64,000 nt of DNA from Massalongia carnosa (lineage: Eukaryota), in NCBI GenBank assembly GCA_965645245.1, contig OZ287079.1, forward strand, positions 1,364,001-1,428,000, read 5' to 3'. This document shows, piece by piece, positions 22,906 to 36,080 of this stretch (position 1 is its first letter; each line of letters begins with the position of its first letter). Position numbers and translations under genes: made by a program. Below the pieces are notes generated by a model that did not search any database, was not told where the DNA came from, and was given only the letters and a program-made list of their open reading frames with translations.

Positions 22906-25565
22906 GAGTACGGATACATGGACACCCCTTTAGTTACCTAGACACTCCCCTGGGTTACCTATATACCCCCCGATGATACTCAGACACCCCTCCTATAATA
23001 GGTAAAGATTAAGGGTCATGCCCTACCGCTTACCTGCATCGGGGTAGTGAGGGGGCAATTTCTTTGGCACCTGAAATTTTTTCCTTTTTTCGAATGTTAG
23101 CAGCCGATCGAGAATGATTGAAACGGAGTCGATTGGCACTGTCTTTGCAAACCAGACAGTGATTTGATACGAGCTAAACCTCATTTGGACTATCTACAAT
23201 GATCAAGTCATCTTCTTCGCTTGTTGCCCGTTCTGACGTTGCTGTCCTCTTCTTTGGCCGACCTGTCCGACCTATCCGCCCTGCCGGTGCCCGTCATTTC
23301 GTCGTTGCCTTTGCCCCCCCGGACGTAGCTATCCTCGTTACCCTCGTTGTCCTTGGTGTAACTTTATCTTCCCCCCCTCGTCTTCCTCGTCTGCCACCTC
23401 GTCTGCCACCTCGGCCGCGACCCGGTGCCGAGTCCGCTCGATGCACTGCCAAATGCGTCTCCGGTTCCGCCCGTTCGAAAAGCGATGGTTCTCGATTTGT
23501 GGATGCGTCGAATGCTTGCTGTCTTCTATTTCCCGCACCTTGTGGACGCCCTCGAGTTCTTGCAACTTCTGGTTCTTGAATCAGAAGATGGGGATTATCG
23601 ATCTCGACGCGAGGCAGAACTTGAGTTCTATCAAATCTACATTTCAAGTCAGCTTCATCAATCTAGAAAGTTAGAAAGTTGAGTACTACCTCCAATGTGA
23701 ATGCACATCTTCGATCAACAATCTGCCACCCTCATACAGCCGTTGCTGAATCTTGTGACTGCATGGAAGACCGGTAGTCAGCGTGAAGGTTTGAGTGCAG
23801 GCCGGCAGGGCTGTTGGTCTCTCAATGAGTCGAAGATACTGAGGGAGTATCTTTCTCAAGGCGTATGGGGTGATATATGGTGCCTCTTCTTGAAAGATTG
23901 GTTTACGAAGACTCAAAGGAAGTCGTACTTTAGCCTCATCAAGATTGATCAGATAGTTATGTAGCTCATTGATCAGCAGCAAATTGATTCCGTCCACCAC
24001 TGTCTTGAGATCTCCGGATGAGGATCCCAACTGTCGTTTCAGAACCGCATGCCCGCCTTCTCCGCGAGAGGTGGTTGTCGTCTCGAAATGCAAGATCGTA
24101 TTGGTATAGCACTTGACAAAGCGATGCCGAAAAGAAGAGACATAGGTGGAGTCCAGATACTCAATGCAATTTCCCTGATATTGCAGACTAAACCGCTCCC
24201 ATGTCTCCCGAAATTCCGTTTCCGAAGATGCGTATATCACTGACTTCCAATCTGCGAAGAATCGATCCCAAGATTCTTTGGAATCGAAATGCTTCTTACA
24301 ATTGACTAGGACATTGTTGTTAATGTGCCAAAGACAAAGCAGATGATTGGTTATAGGCAAAACAGTCTCAATTGCAGACATCAGACCTCTTTCCATGTCG
24401 GTGACGATAACCGTCGGAGTAGGAAGCTCCAAATTCACACACAAAGCTTGCAATTGCTGCAGAACCCATGTATAATCAGAAGTCGTTTCTTTGGCCATGA
24501 AACAAAACGCCACATAGAAGTTGGAATGTAATGCCGTCTGACCACTGATAATCAAAAGTGGCATTTTGTAGCGATTCGTTTTGTATGTGCAGTCCATCAC
24601 CAACACCTCGTAATTGGTCTTCAGAATTCTTTGAGAACTGCCCTTTATGAAGAATAAATGACTGATCTGATTGAGATGATTCTTCTGCACATTGTATACC
24701 CAATCTCCTTGATCCAACTCGCGAATCAATGCCTGAACGGGAGTCAATGGACCGAGGGCTTCGCGACGTAGCTGCGCCTTGACATTGTAAATGTCTCGAG
24801 GTTTGAACATTGGATTGACGATGACGGGATCTTCGGGATCTTCGTGATTGACTCCAGTCATCGGGTCAGGAATTCTGAGACTTGAAAGAATTCTAGAAGG
24901 TGCCGTCTGCACTGTCAGCGCTCGAGAGATCTCGCTCTTAACCTCTGATGTCATCGCCAGCTTCCTTAATGCAGGATGGGCGCCGGCAAGTGTGGCGGAA
25001 TGATTATGTCCCGGTGTGATGACCTCCAAGAACCAAATTCCATTCTCATTTTCGCGCTTCGCAACGCAGGAAAAAGGGCACTCAATCCGTCTGCTGCTTG
25101 TATGTCGCCGATCCTGACCAGTCGGTCCATTGGATTTCCTGCCTCGGTCGCAGACCAGCCAAGCCTTTCTCGTCACCTTGAGTTTCGACTTCTTGGTCCG
25201 GCCCAAAACAACGGCATATCCTTGACGGCCGGCATGCTCGTTGACGCGAAGAATGAGGTCTTCCAAACTTTCGAAGCTTTGTCCATCTTCAGGAGGAGCG
25301 AGTCCACCAGGTGGTAGAGAGGTCGACATCGGATAGATGAAGTTCAAGTGGCAGAAGAATTTCGTGTGCCAACATTCGAAAAAAGAAAAAATTTTCAGGT
25401 GCCAAAGAAATTGCCCCCTCACTACCCCGATGCAGGTAAGCGGTAGGGCATGACCCTTAATCTTTACCTATTCTAGGAGGGGGGTGTCTGAGTATCATCG
25501 GGGGGTGTCTAGGTAACCCAGGGGAGTGTCTAGGTAACTAAAGGGGTGTCCATGTATCCGTACTC
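22906..25565 (-). mobile_element. Mutator-like element (MULE) with ~200-bp TIRs and 8-bp TSD
   Basis: GAGTACGGATACATGGACACCCC... inverted at both ends; TSD TACAATAA at 22898-22905 and 25566-25573. Confidence 0.95.
23294..25329 (-). CDS. MULE transposase (FAR1/WRKY-like and DDE domains), predicted intron 23637-23689
   Basis: CPF..HNH, MDCTYKTNRYKMPL, VTDMERGL, CLWHI, TTSRGEGGH, GLPCSH; GTAGTA..GCTGAC..TAG intron joins HWR to FDRTQ..RGRP; TGA at 23294 may be premature (frame continues to 23174). Confidence 0.92.
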
Positions 25566-27134
25566 TACAATAAAGATGAAGAAGGAAATAGACAATCGAC
25601 AACCAGAACCTGCCCCTATATATCCTCTACTGCGCTAGTACCCATGTGGTATAGTCGTCATGGAACCTTCTAGCAGCTGCGGGAACGAAATCGAAAGCGC
25701 CTGCGTGTTCCATCTACGATTGCCCTAGGCGGTGCCGAGTGCCGAGGTCGTGCCGTGTAGAATCGTGACAAGAGGTGGAAGATAGCTACTACGTGCTGGT
25801 CTCCGAGAGTATATGTGGTCTAAAGAACTAATGGGTATGGAAGTGCTCAGATAAAGAGATCTCGTCCGAGACCCAAACGTAGGTTGTTCATAGAATAAAG
25901 ACCAATTGCTAACGAATATTACAGGATTCGTTCTGGTATTTATCCTACTCACCCCAAGCCTATAGGCTTGGGAGCCTTGGAACCTTAGGAGCCTTGCAAC
26001 CTACTTCTGACCTTATCGCCTTACATCTAACCATCCCTCAGGATCCATCTACGAACTTGGCGTTCGCTGGATCATCTAGTCAGCCTCGAGCAGCCTTCTA
26101 GACCTTCCCTTGCAAGGTAGAACACTTCTACCTCCGGCTAGATCCCTCACTACATTGCTAGCCTGCCTCAAAACATAAAGTCTAGACGCCGAGGCTATGT
26201 AGCTTCATTTCGCCGTCACCACTACCAACGTAGCGATGGAAGGTTACCTCCGACTGAATCTCTATCTACACTGCGGACCTGCCTCTAGACACAAGGTCTA
26301 GACCACAAGGTTATGTAGGCTCATTCAGCCGACATCACTACCAACGTAGCAATAAAGGTTGAAGCTGAAGTTTACACCAGGGAGGCCGAGCTCAAGCTGC
26401 GTCCAGCTTGCCGTGCCTCCTGCTACAACTCTTGATCCATCAAGAGATCGAGTAGCTCCGAGTAGGCCTGTAGATTCCATATAGAGTTCACGGCTTCTCC
26501 ACAGGAGTTCGCCTTACTCCATGGCAATCTACCACCACGGCCTCGACAGGTGTTTGATCTGTAAGCAGTCTAGAACGTAGTAACAACTAATTCGGAGTTG
26601 TGTGGCAAGGTGGCGTCGTGTCAACCTCGATGGCTGTGGGACTAAGTACTACGGCCTGGCTCATGCTAGTTAATCCCGCAACCGCCGTAGGCGACCACGT
26701 ATCCTTCTAGCGCCATCCGTATTACAATATCTGATAGAACTAGAATTTCATGACCCTTCATACACTCAACTCAAAATCCTGCTTCATCACAGTTCCAGAT
26801 ATCTTGTGAACGAGTTATCCCCAACTCCGCAAGAACCTGCTGATATCGATCAAACCATGATCTCATATCTGACTCCTGAGCCGCAGTATATCGAACAACT
26901 TCCAGCGGCTTGGTCTTTATCTTGTGCAGGCCATTGTCTTTCTACTATTGCCTAAACTACCGTGGACTTGGATTATTGAATTCGGCATCTTGAGCACGTT
27001 TCGGAGTCTTAATGGCAGCAAAAACCACTTTATGAGTAGGTTGAATGCCACACGCAATCAGAGATGGAATGAATTCGTGAATGGCTCTGACCTGATGCTC
27101 CTTCAGTATTTTGTTCTACCCTTCAATTTACTTC

Positions 27135-27376
27135 TGTCACGATTCTACACGGCACGACCTCGGCACTCGGCACCGCCTAAGGTAAGAACATGCAGGCACT
27201 TTCGATTTCGTTCCCGCAGCTACTAGAAGATTCCATGACGACTATACCATATGGGTACTAGCGCAGTAGAGCATATATAGGAGCAGGTTCTGGTTGTCGA
27301 TAGTCTTTTTCCTTCTTCATCTTTATTGTATTCGTTTCTAGCGTCCCTATGACTTGTCTCTAGGTAGATCATAACA
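27135..27376. mobile_element. Family-B solo LTR (opposite orientation)
   Basis: Reverse complement of 46693-46943; TSD ACTTC. Confidence 0.9.
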
Positions 27377-27922
27377 ACTTCGACGGCGTCTTTTCACGTT
27401 CAATTGAACTGTATAGACTGATGTCGACGAGGTTGAAGATTCGAGCAGCGCAAACGATGCTCTCCTTGGGGTTTTCTAATAAAAACTTCTTAGCATTTTG
27501 CATGCGCGTTGCAATAGAATCACTGGTTTTAATAAGGTTTTTATTTATGATGCTGCTGCTATTCATGATTGAGGTGGAGAGCGGTTGATAAAATAGGGAA
27601 GAGAGTGATTGACGAAATAGGAGGCATGCAACTGATGCGGTCGCGATTGAATAACGATGAATATCCCGGTTAATCAATGAGTGATTAGGATGTGCAGATG
27701 ATATCTATCTATGGTATAAATAATAACAGCTAACGGTCGTAGGTTGCGGTTGAGATGTATTGCAAAAAGCTGCCAAATAGGTGGTAAAATGGGTGAATTT
27801 AGACAAATCCTGAAATTGAAACTACGCAGACCGCTTTCCCCGACTAGAGGTGCACAGGTGGTACCCCTCGTATGGAGGTAGCTAAGCGAGGCCGACGATT
27901 ACTTGAATTCTATAATTATATT

Positions 27923-29128
27923 TCAGAATGAATTCAACTGCAAAAATTTCAGACCAGTAACATTATCGCTTGAGGCCGAGGACCTGACTTTTCTTCTTCT
28001 CTCACTTCCGCTTGCGTTGCTACTACCTCGCCGGACACGCCCAGAGGAAGGGTGTTCTTCAGGCTCAACATCTGTGGGTGTAATGCTCCGGGATATATTT
28101 TGCAGTTGCGATTTCGATCTAGTGAAGGAACTGCGTCCTTTCAAATTCCGTTCAGAATTGTGCTTTGCACGGCTTTTCTCATTCTCGCCGCCCCTCCAAC
28201 TTGAATTTATCTTACTATCCCTGTTCCGCCAGCCCAACCACGAGCGCCAGCCCCCCTGTTCCTTAGTACACTCCCGTTCCTTAGCTTTAAGCTGCTTACG
28301 TGCTCGGGCTCGGCGTCCGTTCTCCTTTTCCCAGTATTCGATTCGATAAAGTTCCCAGTTCTCGCGAAAGTCTGCAGAAAATGGTTTCGGCATTAGTAAC
28401 AGTTTGATGTAATCCCCTCCTGGAGAGAGGTCCTCGTTCGCCGTAGGTTCATTTTGAATGGTCTCGAACTTTGACCGGTTATTTGCTTCTCCTGATTTCT
28501 CGTCCATTAAATCCATATATGGATCAAATGATTCTCTAGCGTGGGAAAATGTGGCCAACGGGAAGAGAAAGTACATGAGGCCCAGGATTTCTCTCCACCA
28601 AGATCCCTTGATGACGACGATCTTGGCATTTACATTTCTTAAGCCCCGGTTAGCAACACCAACCCAGCGGCGTGGCCACCTCACTCCGCGATCCCACTGG
28701 CCTGTGCCCCACATTAGGATACCCGTCAAGACACCACCCATCAACGCAACTTTTTCCGCTATCTCAACAACCCAATAGACTGAACCGCCCACGCCGCTGC
28801 CATCCTCGCGTGGTCGAAGGAAGAGAGCATAGAAAAAACAGGCGATCCAGATAGTGAGTACAAGAAGAAAAAATGTATGTTGCCTCCTCCGCGCACGTAA
28901 GGTCAAATATTGAGAGCGAAGGGATGCCTCAAGGATGAGAAGATTCAGATAGATTTGTGGCGGAGAAGAGGGAAGCGTTGATAAAGGATCGGAGAGCGGT
29001 AGACGGGTCCCAGATCTCGGAATTCCCAGAGGCGGAGCTGGCGATGTTGACCTGGAGACAACAGCTGGCGTAGAAGAATCCGGTGTCGGGGCACCTTTAA
29101 CAATCTGATCAAGCTTGGATCCAGACAT
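27923..29128 (-). CDS. SPO7: Spo7, regulatory subunit of the Nem1-Spo7 phosphatase
   Basis: SSPPQIYLNLLILEASLRSQY...RRRQHTFF, two hydrophobic segments, PRRW, FRENWELYRIEYWEKE. Confidence 0.9.
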   Translation of the reverse strand: MSGSKLDQIVKGAPTPDSSTPAVVSRSTSPAPPLGIPRSGTRLPLSDPLSTLPSSPPQIYLNLLILEASLRSQYLTLRARRRQHTFFLLVLTIWIACFFYALFLRPREDGSGVGGSVYWVVEIAEKVALMGGVLTGILMWGTGQWDRGVRWPRRWVGVANRGLRNVNAKIVVIKGSWWREILGLMYFLFPLATFSHARESFDPYMDLMDEKSGEANNRSKFETIQNEPTANEDLSPGGDYIKLLLMPKPFSADFRENWELYRIEYWEKENGRRARARKQLKAKERECTKEQGGWRSWLGWRNRDSKINSSWRGGENEKSRAKHNSERNLKGRSSFTRSKSQLQNISRSITPTDVEPEEHPSSGRVRRGSSNASGSERRRKVRSSASSDNVTGLKFLQLNSF

Positions 29129-29740
29129 TTTGATTCAATGGATAAGGCCTTGTAATGTCCAGTCAAGTCGCAGGTCGTAATATATCGGCAGCGTATTCAC
29201 CGGGGGTTTTCCCTATTCGCCTTGACTCCCATGACTGTGCCCGAATACATCAAAGGATTCTTTTTGATATGACAGCCTCATTTGGCGAATAACAACATAT
29301 ATATCGTGGCAATAATCGTTAAACATTACTGCTCATCATAGGGAAAGCTCTGTTTGAAGATGGAACTGCTGGCCGAAGATTGCTCCGATCCCGTCTGACC
29401 GCGGAGATAATCGGTGTTAATTACAGCTGTTTATTGACTACAGAGTATGATGACGACAATAGGTTAAGAGGCTTTCTTACATTAAGCTTCCAGTTCTAGG
29501 CAACCAATATTACTACGCATACACTTTTTTCTTCAGTTCACGAGTTTACATATCTACAACCTCTTTTTAGAGAAATGCGATGATTTGTCAATAGCCATTA
29601 GTTTTGTTTCGATATCTTATTCCGGTTTTCTTTTAAACTCGTTACTATTTCTCAGGTGTTCTCTATTGCTTCCGACTAAACTCAATAGATTCAAACGAGT
29701 CATCAATTATCATTCTCAAACGTTGGCTAAATACTCAACC

Positions 29741-31435
29741 ATGACAACAACCAGCCCGAATGGCAATGATGGTGAACTGCAATCAAGGGTCCAACAGAGT
29801 CCGCTTGTTTCCCAACGCCAAGGTTCAAACAGCATGCCCTCTGAGAACAACAGAACTGGGAAATTTGGCGGACATTTCACGCTAGGGTACAAGGAAGGTT
29901 TCAGTCAGTGGGTATGAGACTCAAATAGGAGGGCCTCGCTTTTGATGCTGATAAATTCAGTGGGCGAACATACCTGCTGCTGTAGCGGAGCACACCGTCA
30001 TGTCCTACATATCCCATCTCAGGCAACCTCCAACGCAGACTAGGTCAGGAGCGACAGCACCCTTAGAAAATGGTGCAGTGGCGTTAGTAGCAAACACTAA
30101 TGGCGAGAATACTGCGGCTGTGACAACAACTTCGATAAACGAACCTTATGGTCCTAGGCAATGGAATTCAAATCTAATTCAGCTAAGCGGTAAGAACCGT
30201 GCTCTTAATGAGTTCTCCGTAGAGCGCTTAGGGGAGAAAACCGAACAAAATCTGGTAATGTTACATGGTAAGATATCATCTATTCCATGCAGAGACCAAT
30301 TAATCATATGGTTTCGATAGGTTATGGTGCAGGTTTAGGATTCTTTTATAAGAATTTTGAAGGGATAAGTAGAGTTAAAGGCTGGAAGATATTCGCTTTA
30401 GACCTCTTGGGTATGGGACGAAGTAGCCGGCCTCCTTTTCGGGTCTACGCCAAGGATCGGCAAGGAAGCATTACCGAGGCAGAAGACTGGTTTATTGATG
30501 CTCTAGAGGAGTGGCGCGTGCAAAGGAAAATTGATCGATTCACACTTCTCGGACATAGCCTAGGCGGTTATTTGGCCGTAGCATACGCATTGAAATACCC
30601 TGGCCACCTGAACAAGCTTATACTGGCTTCTCCGGTAGGAATACCAGAAGACCCATATGCTGTCAATGCAGATATGCCGGATCCCGCAGTCTCAAGTGTT
30701 GCGAATGAATTAACCCAAGACCAAGAAGCGATTACGCAAGAGGACAACAATAACTTCCTGAACGCTCGTTCCAAGGCACAAAAAGAGGCAAACTCTGGTG
30801 TGAAATCTCCTCAAAGTGCTCCGAGAAAGCCCCTGCCGAAGTGGCTAACGTACCTATGGGATGCAAATATTTCTCCTTTTAGTCTAGTTCGTTGGACAGG
30901 GCCTTTAGGTCCTCGTTTCGTGTCAGGATGGACATCCCGACGTTTCTCTCATTTACCCCCGGAAGAAGCGCAGGCCCTGCATGACTATGCATATTCCCTT
31001 TTTAGACAACGCGGTAGCGGCGAATACGCTCTCTCATACATCCTTGCACCTGGAGCTTTTGCTCGCAGCCCTTTAATCAGACGTATACACGGTGTTGGTC
31101 GCCAAATGATAGCTCGTGATGGCTCCGCGACTTCCAGCATTAGCTCCGGAGAGCCAAGCCGCGAGAAGGCTTACCCAGTTATCCTCATGTACGGCGAGAA
31201 TGACTGGATGGATATTGCGGGAGGTTATTCAGCAGAAAAGAGGATTCAGGGGGAAAAGGAGAAAGTTTTGCGATCTCTCCCTAATAATGAGCGGATAGGT
31301 GATCATGGTTCAGCCAAGGTCATGGTCATCAAGAAGGCTGGGCATCATGTGTATCTAGATGGATGGGAGGAATTTAATTCTATAATGCGTGAAGAGATGG
31401 ACGAAGTATCAAGACGAGAAAGACATCATGATTAG
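29741..31435 (+). CDS. ABHD4/5-family alpha/beta hydrolase/acyltransferase (Ict1/Ecm18/Cld1-like); exons 29741-29911, 29961-30267, 30321-31435
   Basis: Spliced LHGYGAG, DLLGMGRSSRP, GHSLGGY nucleophile elbow, GHHVYLD (HX4D); two GT-AG introns. Confidence 0.9.
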
Positions 31436-31850
31436 TAACAGCATAGAGGCCGAGTTCGAAAAGGGTAAGACTTATAAATTAGACAGGAGGTGCAAGTTTA
31501 GTGGTTTGGAGTACCTAAACCCAGGGGTCTATCTGTCGAGTAGCTCTTTATTATTTGAAGGAATATGTACAGCGTAAGCTATTAGCCAGATCATGAGTCT
31601 TAGGAGAAGCCAAATTTTATGGATTTCCAACATGGACAGTCCAGCTCGTAGCTAAAGCACAACAGGAACTTCGTATGAGTATGTACTGTTTTAGACAGAA
31701 AATAGTCATGCTCTGATAAAAGGGATTACTGGTTCCACAAGCTAGTATGTCCGCTGTCATGGTTAAACTCTACAAGCCATCTTTCAAACTCGATTTATAG
31801 GGAAGAAACTTTCACAAACCATTCAGTTATTCAGCTCAAGCTTTTTTTTT

Positions 31851-32660
31851 TCATGTAAATGATCCTGATTCCTGAACGGAAGTTTTATTTATGGTTATTT
31901 TCATCGGCGCTGTGCGAGAGGAGCCTTCCGAGACCGTAGTAGACGCGGATGATGTATTACGATGCAGTATTGGTTTCCCAACTTTAGCAAAGTCCAGAGC
32001 TGTCGTAGCCTTAGAGCTTGCATCACTGACGAAATATTCTTCAATGCTTGCATTACCAGCAGCATGAACGCCACTTGACGGTTCCCTCGCAAACTTAACC
32101 AGAGACCGGGGGATCGAATGCGTGGAGGGCAAGCTCCCCGCCGTCCACGAGCGGTGATGATGATTATGCCTGCGCTCATCGCTAATGGCAGGGAGCTCTA
32201 GGCGCGAATTCATCGAAGTCCACAGCCCGTCGTCATCTTGCGAGTCGGGGATCCGCCATCCCCCCACGCCTTCGAAATCACGCTCGATCCTGCCTCCTCC
32301 TCCTCCTCCTCCTTCACTGCCGTAGATGCCGAGACCGCTGGTTTCGGAAAACCTCGGCGTCATTGATTCTCCGTTCGAGTTGCCACTGCCAGCACTGCTT
32401 CGTCGGCTCTTATGCCGGCAATCCTTCTCGTCGGTAATCGACGGAGTGGTTCTTGGGCTTAAACTGGCGCTGATGGGGGGATTAGAGAGGGTGGCGAAAT
32501 GATTTTGCACGAGGACCGCGGCGAGCTCTGCGTACACGATCAGGACCCGGCAGAATAGGGTGGAGAAGGCGAAGGTGGTTGTGAAAGCAGCAAAGACGAC
32601 TAGAGGGAGAGAGATCACGAGCAGCGCGGGTGAGAGGAAAAGACAGAGCAAACTGGCCAT
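31851..32660 (-). CDS. Hypothetical protein with N-terminal hydrophobic segment(s) and Ser-rich tail
   Basis: Long ORF; LLVISLPLVVFAAFTTTFAFSTLFCRVLIVYAELA; RDFEGVGGWR and WTSMNSRLELP look like conserved blocks. Confidence 0.75.
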   Translation of the reverse strand: MASLLCLFLSPALLVISLPLVVFAAFTTTFAFSTLFCRVLIVYAELAAVLVQNHFATLSNPPISASLSPRTTPSITDEKDCRHKSRRSSAGSGNSNGESMTPRFSETSGLGIYGSEGGGGGGGRIERDFEGVGGWRIPDSQDDDGLWTSMNSRLELPAISDERRHNHHHRSWTAGSLPSTHSIPRSLVKFAREPSSGVHAAGNASIEEYFVSDASSKATTALDFAKVGKPILHRNTSSASTTVSEGSSRTAPMKITINKTSVQESGSFT

Positions 32661-33385
32661 TCGCCGTGAAATGATGGTCTGTCGATTGAGGTGTACGTAC
32701 ATGTATGTACAACACATTGAGATAAGCCCTAATTATCGCCCGTGACACTTAGCGGCGTTTAAAATCCTAAATCCCGCGACTTTTCCTTGTCACGCCAAAT
32801 AGCCTTAGTAATCCGAAGAGCGAGAAAAATTTTTATTTTGAAGCAATTTAAACTCGTCAAATAGAGCATCCTTCAACGAGTAGACCCGTGCCTGAATTGT
32901 CTGATTTGATGTGCTGTGAAGTGTAGGATCGCCGTGCAAAACCGACGCCCTGCTTGGCCCTGGTCGTTGCGAAAGTCGACATTTGCGCTTCGCAATCGAA
33001 CCACAAAAGGGTTTTGCTAGAATTTTGAAACTGGGAGGCCTATACCACCGTTCCTACTAAGAAGCAATCACTCGTAATATGCCCGTAGTACCTCCTTCTC
33101 GTTCCTGTGACTGGGTGGGACATATTGTGACGAGGCGTGCAACTGCACCACGTATCGCGCCACCAGCGCTACATTAATTCTACTCGGGGTAAGATGCTTC
33201 TTCTATTCGGAAGAAGCTCTTTTCAGCAAACCATGGCTAGTACTCGTAGAGAGAAAGAGAGGCACCATTGGCCTATCTACGAAGCAGATCCTCTCCAGCG
33301 TCAATACGCTTAGAGATCTGATGTCCAGAGAACCCCAAACTGTCAACTTCCCGCGCAATATCCCACGAATCCCTCCCCTGCTCAT

Positions 33386-36080
33386 TCACTTTCCCTGAAG
33401 ATACCGACGGATCCGTCTTGTGACGTAGAACCGCTGCCTCAGGGCAGGAGTGAACCTCCACTTAGCCCCGAAGAGGCGGTCCAACTTTTCGAGAGACGTA
33501 CGCCGGAACCCCTCCACCAACGTCCCCACCGCGAATTCCTCCGACAGCGCCTCCGTCGAGGTCACGCCGCCGAGAATGGGCTCCGCCGGGCAGTCAGGAG
33601 GACGTTGAGGCGGCCCCTCTTGGGGGAGGGAGCCACAGGGCGCAGAGACCGTAGACGCCTCTCCGGGGACGGAAGTGAGGACGACAGAAGGTGTAGGAAG
33701 GAGAGAAGCGACTGCGTCGACGTACGAGGACGCCGACGCAGCAGGCTCTTCACCAACGGAGTGCGCCGCCGTCGCAAGAGCAGTCGCCTGCCCTCGCCAA
33801 GAAGCCTCGTCCAGCAGCCAGTCCCTCCGAACAGCTTCCACAGGAACCGTCAGAAAGGATCGAGGTAGCGTCGAGACCGTGGCCTGCAACTGTGAGAGCT
33901 GCGAACCCAGGACTCGAGCTATCTCCTGGGCATTTGCCGCCGGCAGCGCACTCAAGATGATCGTCAGCTGGCTCTGCCCGGAGAGCAACCTCTCCACAGC
34001 GTTGAGCGTGCGATCTTGCTTGATCGCAACACCGCTGACCTTGTTACTGACGGCATCAACGGAGTCAGCAACAAGAGACAGCACGCCGTGGATGGCCACG
34101 TGCAAAGGTTCCTTTTTTACGGCCTCCAACTCCCGTATCTTCGCCGCGAACGCAGGCCAAAGGGGATTTCTGAAGACTTGGTGTCTCCAGAGCGAAAGCT
34201 CAGGAAACTGAGGCTGTAAAAGCGCCGCGTCTTGCAGGAAGACACAACGCAGCCGCAGCAACATCTCCAGAACCTTCTTCCCTGCCTTATCCGCATCAGG
34301 AAAAAGACCGCCTTTGTACGCCGCCAGAGCGTCATCCACCCAAGGCTACACTTGCCGCTGCAGGGTTAGATCCGGTGAGTGTCCTCCTCTTCTCAAAAAG
34401 TAACTCCCGGGGGAGTTGCCAAAGCCGGCGGCGCGACGCATGTAGACACGCGGCAGGCGGGTGAGGTAGTTAGTGGCCCAGACGCCACGTTCCCATCCGC
34501 CTGCTCTCATGATCTGTAGTAGTTGGTATAAGGGTAATGCTAGTAAGTATAAGGGGCCATGAATCGTAGAGTACTTGCCTGGTCCGCGGGGACCTCTCAC
34601 ATGTCGGCCAGCAGTGACGAGGACTGCCGCATGGTGTGGACCGTCTTGGAGCTGTCGACGCCGACAGCATCCAAAGCCGGCTTAATCCATCGGGTCTGTG
34701 TTTTGTAGGAGATCTTCTCCTTAGATCGCGCCAGGCTCCCGGAGATGACCTTCGTGAAATATCAAAAGATCGATCTCGGAAGTCCGGCCGCTTCTCCAGA
34801 AGGAAGTCCCAGCGCAAGACGAGCCAATGGGCGAGGGCGCCGAGAGGACAGAGGACGACATCTCTGCTCCGCAAAGCACCATGATAATGCTGACGGCGCG
34901 AGTTGCCCCCGTCCGCCAGAGGAATGCTCTTGCCTTGGCCAATTCGAAGGATCAACGCAAGGCATTCGGACCCCTCGCTAGGAAGATCGTAAGCGCAGAG
35001 GTCAGGTAGCTCAGCCCTTCGCGTTGACTTCCCCCACAGCATCATCGAATGCATTAGAAGGAAGTCGAGGCGAGTCCGCAGAAGATGCCACTCGCCGCCC
35101 GCCACGCCCTCCTCCCCAAAAACCTTGCCCCCGGCGAGCAGCATTGCCGACAATTGAGCGGCCTGCTCAGTCGTGTAGCCGTCGGGGAGGTCGTGGATCG
35201 CGCGATCCTCGAACCAGGCTCGCTTGAAAGCGCTTCAATCGATGCGTAAGCGCGTCATCAGGGCTTTGATGACCTTCCCTCTGGGATGGGGCACTACCAA
35301 ATTCTCTTCGAGATGCTGATCATCGAAGAGGGCGCAGAGGGCAGAGATGTAGCCCGATTCCACGCTATCGGGCGCCAGGGGCCGGGATAAAGGATCGTCG
35401 GCTTGCTGCAAGACGAGTCAGTAAGCTACAAAAAGATGATTCTATTCCTGAATTCGAGTTCAGGGGGCGACTCACCGTCTCAACGAGCTCCTCGCCGTCG
35501 GAGATTGCCTCGAATTTTTCCACCTCCTCCACCTCCTCTCAATCTACCGCTGGCGAGGCTTCCACCGCCTTCGTCGCCTTCCCCTTCCCCCTCTTCAACG
35601 CGCGGCGCTTAGCCTGCCCATGGCGATTCTGATCCCGCCGCCTGGCCTGCGCTGCTGCGCCTGTGAGCTTGGGACGTGGGACGAAGCGCAGGCGGAGGAC
35701 GACCTCTTCGAGAAAGAGGAGCATCTTCCGCTCCCACACAAGGACGCCGTCAGGAAAATTGCGACGTCGGCACCACTTCTGTAGGATGTTAGCGTAGGCG
35801 AAAATTTGCAGGGCATACCTATCGTAGTCACCTCTCACAGATGCTAGCACTTGCGGTACGTCTTAAGGGTGTTGGCCCTCCGATCCTTCTCCCGCATCCC
35901 GCGGACGCGCCTCATGGTGGCGGCCATGGCGGCCTCGTTGTTGCCGTGGGTGGCATAGGCCTGAGACTCACGCTTGACGGCGTCGACATCAACGTAAGCC
36001 TCAGGAGGAGGCCAAGAAAGAGGCGCCGCCGTCTCCGGATCTGCGACAGCGGAGCCTGCAGCGGAGGGGCCCGGGTCCAT
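33386..36080 (-). pseudogene. CryptonF tyrosine recombinase (Ndc10-II-like domain plus C-terminal GCR1_C-like domain), intron-containing, inactivated
   Basis: NTLKTY..WC..FPDG.LV.E.K..LFLEEVV; YISAL..HPRG; DFLLMHSMMLWGKSTR; CPLGALA; VHTMR; AGGW; NYLTRLP; LDRLFGAKWR; stops and frameshifts. Confidence 0.88.

Larger units (their letters stand above)
22852..25770. mobile_element. Family-B solo LTR split by the MULE
   Basis: Matches 46693-46943; TSD AGAGG. Confidence 0.9.
22776..26726 (-). mobile_element. Family-A long solo LTR (reverse orientation) containing nested insertions
   Basis: Reverse complement of 38133-39162; TSD ATATC. Confidence 0.88.
22140..27870 (-). pseudogene. Pogo/Fot1-like transposon relic split by nested insertions
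   Basis: N-terminal HTH-like SIVCAARIFNL; WFDRYQQVLAELGITRSQDIWNCDEAGF at ~26780-26860; PHLTHCMQSLNVGVFQ near 22400; left end not found. Confidence 0.8.
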
